DNA of 10,403 nucleotides from an uncultured bacterium (GTDB taxonomy: Bacteria; Auribacterota; Erginobacteria; Erginobacterales; Erginobacteraceae): contig CAWGIE010000027.1 in the NCBI GenBank assembly GCA_963822585.1, positions 1 to 10,403 of the forward strand, read 5' to 3'. The notes under the pieces are model-generated. The model had not been told where the DNA came from, did not search any database, and worked only from the letters and a program-made list of their open reading frames with translations. A program made the translations under genes and the position numbers. This document shows positions 1 through 7,678 of this stretch, in pieces (positions within the stretch are counted from its first letter, which is position 1; each line of letters starts with the position of its first letter).

Positions 1-192
1 GTGCGGGCCGTCGCCGGCAGCGGGGCAGACCCGGTCTTTCTCGACCCGCGCCCGGGTGACGTCCGCCACTCCCTGGCGGATACGAGGCAAGCGCGGGAGC
101 TCCTCGGGTTCACGGCGGCAGTCGGTCTTCCCGAGGGCCTTGGGCGCACCGCAAACATTTACAGGGCAACGTATGCCGCGGTGGTGCGATGA
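1..192 (+). CDS. C-terminal fragment (5'-truncated by window) of an NAD-dependent nucleotide-sugar epimerase/dehydratase, extended SDR family (GalE/WbpP-like)
   Basis: Translation ...DPRPGDVRHSLADTRQARELLGFTAAVGLPEGLGRT matches the RxGDV(R)HSxAD...A...LG(F/Y)...L.EGL..T C-terminal signature of UDP-hexose/HexNAc 4-epimerases; stop TGA 190-192. Confidence 0.88.
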   Translation: MRAVAGSGADPVFLDPRPGDVRHSLADTRQARELLGFTAAVGLPEGLGRTANIYRATYAAVVR

Positions 193-394
193 GGAGGGCA
201 TTGGGCCGGCGCTGCTCCGGCGCCGAGAAGACGTGCGTGCGTCCTTGCGGCACGTCAAGGGAGAGGATCATGAGATGCGGTGGATCGGACGGAAGGGTTG
301 GCGTAGGACGCCACCGATTTCCGGCCCGCTGGGCTCCAGTTGAAGGCCTGTCGTGACAATGGTCGGTAGGCCGAAGGAACGGCAAGGTGGCGCC

Positions 395-2290
395 ATGTCG
401 AAGCCCTGGAATCTTGATACGTCTGTAGGCGCTGAAGGTGGTCATCAGCGGCGGCAGTGCCATGTTTTCTGGCAGGTCCTTATGGCGGTCGTCGTCGCCG
501 CGACGCTGGGTGTGGCGAATCGGGGAAGCGCGCAGGAAGCGGTGAAGGCCAGCCCGCCCTCGGGGAATGCCGGCGAGGCAGGATCCGGCGGCCTCATTCG
601 CGTTGTGCCGATCTCGGAGGCACCACTTGGCATGGTGGTTCCGCTTGGGCGGGTAGCGCCCACGAGCGCTGGGACCATACAGGCCAAGACAATGGATCTG
701 ACATCGGGATGCACGGCCACCGGTGCCCAGATTCAGAGCGCTCTCGACAGCGCCTCGGCGGCTGGGGGCGGGACAGTCTATCTTGCACCCGGGGTCTACT
801 GTATCGACGAGCCCCTGATCGTGGGCTCGTCAGTTTACCTGGTCGGTGCCGGGATCGGGTCGACGATCCTTCGTGGCAAGGCCGGAAGTTACACTGGCAA
901 GATTGTGAACGGCGCCGGGGTGTGGGCCACGGTCGCCGCCGTCGCAGCCGACGGCGCCTCCATTCGGGGCCTGACCGTCGATCACGCAACGAACGGGACC
1001 TATGACAACGGGATTGCGCTGCTCCCAGACGGATCTGGTTTTTCCGGAACGCCTTGCACCCGGTGCGTGATCGAGGATGTGCAGGTCCTCGGTTCGGCTA
1101 ACCTCCACACCTATCAGATCTGGAACCTGCGCGGGCAGGATATCAAGATCCTGAACAACTGGGTTGACGGCGGCGTCGCGACCTACACACCCGGCAGCTC
1201 CCAGGAGGGGATCGAGAGCTTCGGGGGCACAGGCGTCCTGATCTCGGGAAACACCATTCGAAACGTTGGGGATGCCGGGTTGAACCTGGGATCGGCAGGG
1301 GTAGTCCAAGACTCAGGGATAACGGGCGTGGTCGCCGTCGACAACTACATCTCTCACTGCAATATAGGAGTTAACGTTGGTGCTGCGTATGATTCCACGG
1401 TCGGATCCCAGGAAGCCGTCAACACCCACATTAAGGATAATGTGATCAGAAACACCTGGACCAGCGGGATCTATGCAACAACGCCAAGCCAAAGCGCGAA
1501 CCGGGACCTTCAGATTACGGGGAATACGGTGAGTGGTGTCGGTACGGCCACCACAAGTGGCTTCGGTATCGTCTGCTATGGCGACCCCACCGTGGCCGTC
1601 ACCCCCTCCAGCGCTGTTATGAATGTGATAAGCGACAACAATATCGACAACGCGGCTGGAGCCAACGGTTTTGGAATCGTGATCGTGCAGTATCCTAACG
1701 TTCGCCTTCTCCGCAACAACATTTCCGGTTCAGGACACTCAGGGATCTATGGCTTTGCGGCCAATGGTTGTGAGATCAGCGAGAACATGATTTCCTCGCC
1801 AGGAAGGTCAGGTATATTGGTCGTCGGCTCTTCCTTGCGGCCCACCATACGAAACAACACCATCTGGCAGTGGGCGACCCTGGCGGGTGCGGCCGGGATT
1901 AGCGTGCAGAGCGCCCAGGCAGGGGTGGTCCAAGGTAATAGCTTCTATTTTGACAACTCAACGGGAGTCGAGCCATCCGCCGTGCGGGTCGAGGCGGCCT
2001 GCTCGCTCATGACCGTCGCCGGTAACACGCTGCTATTTGCACCGCGGATGAACAGCCCCTTCGTCAACCTGAGTAGTAGTCCGAATCGAGGGCAGTTCGC
2101 CGCCGGCGCCGGAGCGACCGTAATCACGGTGAGCAATGCTTCAGTGAGTGCCACAAGCCAAGTTGTGATTTCCCAAACCTACGGCCGGCCGATAACGTTC
2201 ACGGTCCAGCCCAACCTCGGAGGGTTTGTCGTAACCCTCGCGGACTCCGCAAATGGGGGGGAAGTCTTCTCGTACCAAGTCACCCCGTGA
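395..2290 (+). CDS. Exported right-handed parallel beta-helix protein (Pectate_lyase_3-like N-terminal cap, beta-helix repeats, small C-terminal beta domain), ~631 aa
   Basis: Intact ORF (open from GTG 353; ATG 395 preferred, preceded by AAGGTGG at 384-390). Hydrophobic h-region VFWQVLMAVVVAATLGVA with a likely cleavage GSA|QE. Canonical cap motif AQIQSALDSASAAGGGTVYLAPGVY..DEPLIVGSSVYLVGAGIGSTIL. Many Asn-ladder repeats (ISGNTIRN, IKDNVIRN, ITGNTVSG, ISDNNIDN, ISENMISS, IRNNTIWQ). Confidence 0.88.
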   Translation: MSKPWNLDTSVGAEGGHQRRQCHVFWQVLMAVVVAATLGVANRGSAQEAVKASPPSGNAGEAGSGGLIRVVPISEAPLGMVVPLGRVAPTSAGTIQAKTMDLTSGCTATGAQIQSALDSASAAGGGTVYLAPGVYCIDEPLIVGSSVYLVGAGIGSTILRGKAGSYTGKIVNGAGVWATVAAVAADGASIRGLTVDHATNGTYDNGIALLPDGSGFSGTPCTRCVIEDVQVLGSANLHTYQIWNLRGQDIKILNNWVDGGVATYTPGSSQEGIESFGGTGVLISGNTIRNVGDAGLNLGSAGVVQDSGITGVVAVDNYISHCNIGVNVGAAYDSTVGSQEAVNTHIKDNVIRNTWTSGIYATTPSQSANRDLQITGNTVSGVGTATTSGFGIVCYGDPTVAVTPSSAVMNVISDNNIDNAAGANGFGIVIVQYPNVRLLRNNISGSGHSGIYGFAANGCEISENMISSPGRSGILVVGSSLRPTIRNNTIWQWATLAGAAGISVQSAQAGVVQGNSFYFDNSTGVEPSAVRVEAACSLMTVAGNTLLFAPRMNSPFVNLSSSPNRGQFAAGAGATVITVSNASVSATSQVVISQTYGRPITFTVQPNLGGFVVTLADSANGGEVFSYQVTP

Positions 2291-2560
2291 AGGAGGTTGG
2301 TGCTGGAAGCCGTTGGGGGGTGTCATGGGTGGTATGAGGCCACGCTCGGTGTGCCCGTGGCAGCTCGCGAGAACCGGCGTCATGTTCGCCTGCGAACCGG
2401 CGGCCCGAACGAACCCCAACGACGCTTTCGGGCGGCGATCGCTGAAGCTAGTGGGGCCTTCAAGCGTGGCGGACCCTGAAGATGCCCACTCGACTAGATT
2501 CCAGCTTGAAGAAGTGGGCGGGTCACCGCGGAGAAGGTCAGGTTTCCTTGAAGTTGAAAT

Positions 2561-2566
2561 GGAGGT
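2561..2566 (+). promoter_or_regulatory. Shine-Dalgarno site for the second beta-helix gene
   Basis: GGAGGT ends 4 nt upstream of ATG 2571. Confidence 0.7.
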
Positions 2567-2570
2567 GCGA

Positions 2571-4006
2571 ATGAACGTGGGCCAAACCAGCTGTGCGGCC
2601 GATGGTGGCGGCCGTGGCGCAGACCCTCCTTGGTCGAACTCTTTGTTGCGCTTTCTCCTCCTTTCCGTCCTTGTGTGCTCGGGGGCCGGTGTGGGTGGTG
2701 GACTAGCGGAGGCGGAGGACGGCTCCGTTCTGGCGGTGGCGGCAGCGGGGTCGGTTGGGGGTGCTCTGGTCGCTGGGCCACCACGGACACTCTCGAACCA
2801 ACCCGCGGTGGTCACGGTCGAACCCGAACGGATTCCGAACTACCGAGCCCATCGGACGGACATCACCGACGCCATTCAGAGCGCCATCGACTCGACGTCG
2901 GGTCCACTGAAGGTCCTGATACCCCCAGGCTACTTCGTCGTCCACAAAGGGGACATTGAGATCGCCAGGGATTCGTGCAGATTCAGGGGGCAGGGAACGG
3001 TCAGACGATCTGGACTTCATGCCGGAAGAGGAGGGTGATGGCAAGGACGAAGCGGTGCTGTTCGTCTTTCAAGAGCGCAATCGATCAACGCTCTCGAATG
3101 CCGGCATCAGGGATTGCTCCATCGTTTCAGACGAAGTCTTCCTTTCGGGTCTGAAGGAGGGCATCGACCAATACGTTCGGAAGGTGCCGTCCCCGCACCG
3201 AAAGGTTGCGATCAGGCTCGTGAACACGAGCCTCTTCCAGGCCGAAAACGTGTCGATCGCGAGATGGTGGGGCGGAGGCCGAGACGGGGGAAGCATCGGG
3301 CTTCAGATTCAAGGGCGGGAATGCGCGAGGATCGAGGGCCTATTCATCGAGGCGGACACGCCTATCCGGATCGAGCCCAACGGTGATCCGGCCATGCGAG
3401 GGATAGGAATCGATCACTTTCACTTCTCGGATCTGTTTCTGATCGCCTCCGGCGACCATCCGTGCGTTCACATCCTCCCGGACAGCCCCTTGACGAACAC
3501 GACCTTCGACGGCTATCAGACGTGGAACCGAGGGGGGTTTGGGCTCAAATGGGATGGGGCGGCCGACGCGGCCGTCTCAATCGGGCTTGCGATCCACAAC
3601 GTTCGCTGGGAGCAGCCGACGGCGCCGGGCGGATACATGATCTACATTAGCCACGGGAGAACCCTCTACAATCTGCTGCTGAGCAACCTGAACGGCGGAT
3701 CCGCAGCATCCCCCGCGGCCAGGCGAAACGGCTGAGCCGATCGTCAACGGTATCTATCTGCGCAACGTCACCAATGTGACCCTGCAGAACTTCTTCTTCG
3801 TCGGGACGTCCATTGGGCTGAAGCTCGACCAAGCGGTCGTTCCTGGCTCGGCCCCCAGGCCAACAGTCGAAAACGTCACCTTGGCTGGCGTGGACTTCCC
3901 AGACGCCGGAACAAAGGTAGATCTGACCGGCGGAGTGCGAGTGAGGGGGTCCTACGTCCGCGGCGCCCAGGCCATCCAAGTCGACGACAGCGCATCGGTC
4001 CACTGA
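2571..4006 (+). CDS. Second exported beta-helix (pectate-lyase-like) protein, ~478 aa after repair; split by three frameshifts (~2958-2975, ~3010, 3692-3735)
   Basis: ATG 2571 with SD; signal peptide LLRFLLLSVLVCSG...LAEA|ED; cap motif TDITDAIQSAIDS.SGPLKVLIPPGYF. The motif continues as VQIQGAGNGQTI only in another frame (2975-3010), then LDFMPEEEG... in the 2956..3735 frame, then VNGIYLRNVTNVTLQNFFFVG in the frame ending at TGA 4006 (that frame is open from 3692). This joins ORF-track pieces 2253..3038, 2956..3735 and 3776..4006. Confidence 0.78.
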
Positions 4007-4246
4007 ATGACAAAGAGCAGTGGGAGGACCTGGAACGGTTCGAGCCCAGGAGTCCTTCGCGGGAGGCCGAGCCCCCGTGAGGGCGCTGGTTGCACGTCTG
4101 CGCCCTGGGTGAGGCCCTTCGACTGAATTCGCGGGAATGCCGCGGGTTCGGTGCGGCCAGTTCGGCGGCAGTCGGGTCGGTGGACCGAAAGTCGGTCGGT
4201 GCAACTGCATTTGTCGTAGAGCACGAAAGAATCTGGCGACGAAAGC

Positions 4247-6130
4247 ATGTGCGGGATCTGCGGCAAGGTGGAGTTTTCCGGGGAGGTGGTCGAGCGCGAC
4301 CTCATCGGCCGGATGAACGGCGTGCTCGCCCACCGGGGCCCGGATGGCGAAGGCGTCTATGTGGCGCCGGGGATCGGTCTCGGCCAGCGGCGCCTCGCGA
4401 TCATCGACCTGGACGCCAGAGCGATTGCCCCGATGCCCAACGAGGACGGTTCTGTCTGGGTTACGTTCAACGGTGAGATTTACAACTTCCGCGAGCTGCG
4501 CAGCGAGTTGATCGGTCAAGGGCACGGCTTCAGGACCGACAGCGACACCGAAGTGATCGTTCACCTCTACGAGGAGCACGGGACCGATTGCCTGAGCAGG
4601 ATGCGCGGCATGTTCGCCTTCGCCATCTGGGACAGCCGGCGCAAGGTCCTGTTCGGCGCGCGCGACCGGATGGGGAAGAAGCCCTTTTTCTACACGAGGA
4701 CGAGCTCGTCCTTCCTCTTCGCCTCCGAGATCAAGGCGATCACCCTGAACCCGGAAGTGAGCGTCGCCGCCAACTACGCCGCCATCGATTCCTACTTGAA
4801 GTATCAGTACGTGCCGAGCCCATTGACGGCCTTCGCCGGCATCTTGAAGCTGCCTCCCGGCCATTTCGTCAAGTGTGATGCGGACGGCACCGTTCAGGTG
4901 AAGAGGTACTGGCAGCCGCCTTCGCCCGAGAAGACGAAGGCCTCCCGGGTCGAGATCGAGGAGGAGCTGCGGCGACGCCTGCGGCAATCCGTCAAGTCGC
5001 GGCTGGTTTCCGATGTGCCGCTTGGCGCGTTCTTGAGTGGGGGTATCGACTCGGGCGCCGTCGTGGCGTCGATGGCGGCGGTCGCTGGCCGGCCCGTCAA
5101 GACCTTCACCATTGGCTTCGGGGAACCGAGGTACGACGAGCGCCGACTCGCCCGCTTGACCGCAAGTCGCTTCGGCACCGAACACCATGAGTTCACGGTC
5201 ACGCCGGACGCGGCCGAGGTGCTGCCGCTCCTGGTCAAGCACTACAACGAACCGTTCGCAGACTCTTCGGCAATTCCCACGTACTATGTGTCGAAGCTCA
5301 CACGTCAGCACGTGACCGTGGCGCTCAGTGGGGACGGTGGCGACGAGAACTTCGCCGGGTACCAGAGCTACCGGCAAGTCCTCCGCTGGGCGAGCGTCGA
5401 CCGGGTGCCGAGACGGATCCGGAGGGCGGCCGCGGCGGCCGTACACGCTGCCGTCAGCCGGTCGGCGATCGGCAGCAGGGCGGCGAAGGCCGGGCGCGCC
5501 GCTACCATGCTCGAGTCGGATTTTCGCGAACGCTACCTGCTGCAGATGAAAACGCTGAAGCCGAACGAGAAGCAGGCGCTCTATACGCAGGAGTTCCGCT
5601 CCTTAATTGCCGGGTGTCCGGCTGCCGAGGATCGGCCGTCCAGCTTTCCCTATGACGCGCTCGAGGACCCGCCCGACTGGATGATGCGCCACGATCAGAA
5701 CTTCTATCTCCCGGACTGCCTGATGGTGAAGACCGACGTTGCCTCCATGGCCAACGGCCTGGAGGTGAGGTGCCCTCTCCTGGATCAGGAGTTCGTCGAG
5801 TTCGCCGCGAGCATCCCCAGTTCGATGAAGTGGGACGGCGAGGGTGGGAAGGCGATCCTGAAGACCGCGATGAACGAGATATTGCCGCCCGAGGTCCTCC
5901 ACGGGCCCAAGCACGGCTTCGGAGTGCCGCTGAGCACGTGGTTCAGGGGAGACCTGGCGGACATCTTGCGTGAAACGCTGACCGGAGAGCGCGCCGCAAA
6001 GCGGAACCTCTTCGGGCAGGTTGAGGTCAGAAGGATGGTTGACGCGCAAATCGAGGGCCAGCGGGACTGGAGCAACCGGCTGTGGGCCATGATGTTCCTG
6101 GAGCTTTGGTTTCGCGAATTCATCGACTAG
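4247..6130 (+). CDS. asnB: Asparagine synthase (glutamine-hydrolysing) family amidotransferase, polysaccharide-locus type, 627 aa
   Basis: Intact ORF. Ntn nucleophile start MCGI, plus HRGPD, RLAIID, FNGEIYN, SDTEV, GMFAF and RDRMGKKP; ATP PP-loop LSGGIDS; SGDGGDE; EVRCPLLD; KHGF. Confidence 0.95.
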   Translation: MCGICGKVEFSGEVVERDLIGRMNGVLAHRGPDGEGVYVAPGIGLGQRRLAIIDLDARAIAPMPNEDGSVWVTFNGEIYNFRELRSELIGQGHGFRTDSDTEVIVHLYEEHGTDCLSRMRGMFAFAIWDSRRKVLFGARDRMGKKPFFYTRTSSSFLFASEIKAITLNPEVSVAANYAAIDSYLKYQYVPSPLTAFAGILKLPPGHFVKCDADGTVQVKRYWQPPSPEKTKASRVEIEEELRRRLRQSVKSRLVSDVPLGAFLSGGIDSGAVVASMAAVAGRPVKTFTIGFGEPRYDERRLARLTASRFGTEHHEFTVTPDAAEVLPLLVKHYNEPFADSSAIPTYYVSKLTRQHVTVALSGDGGDENFAGYQSYRQVLRWASVDRVPRRIRRAAAAAVHAAVSRSAIGSRAAKAGRAATMLESDFRERYLLQMKTLKPNEKQALYTQEFRSLIAGCPAAEDRPSSFPYDALEDPPDWMMRHDQNFYLPDCLMVKTDVASMANGLEVRCPLLDQEFVEFAASIPSSMKWDGEGGKAILKTAMNEILPPEVLHGPKHGFGVPLSTWFRGDLADILRETLTGERAAKRNLFGQVEVRRMVDAQIEGQRDWSNRLWAMMFLELWFREFID

Positions 6131-6137
6131 TAGTGGC

Positions 6138-7479
6138 TTGGATACGGAGATGCCGCCGGCTCAGACATCGCCTCCTGCCCTGACTGGCCGCCTGGTGACG
6201 GGCGTGGGATGGAACCTCATCGCCACCATCTTCAATCAGGGCAGTACGTTCGTGATCGCGATAATCGCCGCGAGGATCCTCGGTCGGCTGGCGTTCGGCG
6301 AGTACGCCATGGTGGTGAGCACGCTCGTTACCGTGGCCGGGCTTGCCCAGCTAGCAACGGGGTACACGGCCGCCAAGTACGTCGCGGAGTTCCGGGCCAG
6401 CGACAGGGCGAGAACGGGGCGAGTTCTGGCGCTGTGCCGCACGACGACCCTCGCGACCGGGGTCTTGAGCGCGTCGGCCCTTGCTTGGGGTGCGCCATGG
6501 CTCGCAGCGCACGCCCTGAACGCCTCCCACCTGGCGCTGCCGCTCGCGCTGGGCTCGGTGTACCTGCTCTTCTCGACCATCAACGGGTACCAAATGGGGG
6601 CACTGGCGGGGCTCGAGAGCTACCGCGGGCTCGCGGCTGCAGGTGTCGTGAGTGGTGTGGCGACCGCTCTCGCCGTGTCTCTAGGCGCCTGGGGGTTTGG
6701 GCTCGTCGGGGCGATCACCGGCCTAGGGGCTGCCGCGCTAGTCCGCTGGCTCGCCCACGTGTGGTGGCTAGCGTAAGGCGCTGCGCAAAGAGTCGCTGGT
6801 CCTCTGCCGCAGGGGGATGTGGCAGGAGGCGCGGGTGCTGTGGCAGTTTGCGCTTCCGGCCGCAATCTCGGGCTTCTTCTCGATGCCCGCAATCTGGCTT
6901 GCGAATTCGATCCTGGTCCATCAAGAGGGAGGTTACGCCGCGATGGCGGTCTACAGCGCCGCCACCAGCATCCGTCTGCTGGTGCTGTTCGTCCCGAACA
7001 TGATCAACACCGTGAGCCTCTCGATTCTGAACAACGAGAAGGGGAACGGCAACCGGAAGCGGTACGAAAGGGTGTTCCGGTTCAACCTCCTCGTGATCGT
7101 CGCCACGGCCCTCGCTGCGGCGACCTTTATCGGGTTGTTCGGCGAGCGCGTGCTGCAACTCTTCGGCCGGGACTTCAGTGGGGGAAGGGGCGTCCTCTGG
7201 CTCCTGCTGGCTTCGACGCTTCCCGAGAGCACAAGCATCGCCGTTTACCAGTACATCCAGTCCAACGAGAGGGTGTGGTTGTCATTCTTCGCAATTGTCG
7301 TGCCCCGAGAGACGCTCATGGTCGTGCTGGCTTACCTCCTCACCCCGCAGCACGGTGCCATTGGCATGGGTTTTGCGTACCTGGGCGCCGCGACCTACGG
7401 CGTGTTGAGTCACGCAACCGTTGCAGCCTGGACCAGGTCACGGCTCGGGTCGTGGGCGCTATCGGGGGCCATCAAGTGA
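6138..7479 (+). CDS. wzx: Wzx-type polysaccharide repeat-unit flippase (MOP superfamily), ~446 aa after repair; +1 frameshift at 6769-6774
   Basis: Multi-TM hydrophobic protein with ARILGRLAFGEYA (the ARxLGxxxFGxY motif). The first frame stops at TAA 6774-6776; the second frame is closed by TAG 6769-6771 and then reads RKALRKESLVL...WQFALPAAISG...MAVYSAA...YLLTPQHGAIGMGFAYL (the LIPxxGxxGAAxA-type C-terminal motif). Start is TTG 6138 or ATG 6150. Confidence 0.88.
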
Positions 7480-7678
7480 GAGACAATCTTGCGTCGGGCA
7501 CCCGGCAACCGTCGTGGAGGGTCGGAGGACATTTCCGGGGCACGCCCGAGGCGGAAGACGGGTGCAGCGGGGCGAGCGGGTGGTGGGAGTTCGAGGGCCG
7601 AAGCAAGTCGCCGGCTGCGCGCGGGGGCAACTGGCAGAAGCACGGTTCACCCAAGAACCGATTCCGGTACCGGGCGTC

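Noticed and set aside
446..470. Twin-arginine (Tat) motif QRRQCHVF in beta-helix protein 1
   Set aside because: Does not fit S/T-R-R-x-F-L-K; a Sec signal is the simpler reading.
2297..2479. 60-aa ORF directly after AAGGAGG (2290-2296)
   Set aside because: The SD is 0-3 nt from the TTG/GTG starts, which is too close, and the peptide has no features. Not fully excluded, but unsupported.
2476..2524. CTGAAGA followed by a stem, resembling a hammerhead ribozyme core
   Set aside because: The required GAAA after stem II is missing (the sequence reads GGTC).
3647..5446. 599-aa antisense ORF
   Set aside because: Lies mostly opposite asnB and has no motifs; long antisense shadows are expected from high-GC3 codon usage.
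4247..6130. Lasso-peptide cyclase or beta-lactam synthetase interpretation of the AsnB homologue
   Set aside because: The glutaminase domain is intact with Cys1; no precursor peptide or B protein is present, and the context is polysaccharide synthesis.
7539..7552. GG-N10-GC sigma54-like spacing (also at 4088-4101)
   Set aside because: Poor match to TGGCACG-N4-TTGC; such spacing is frequent by chance at this GC content.
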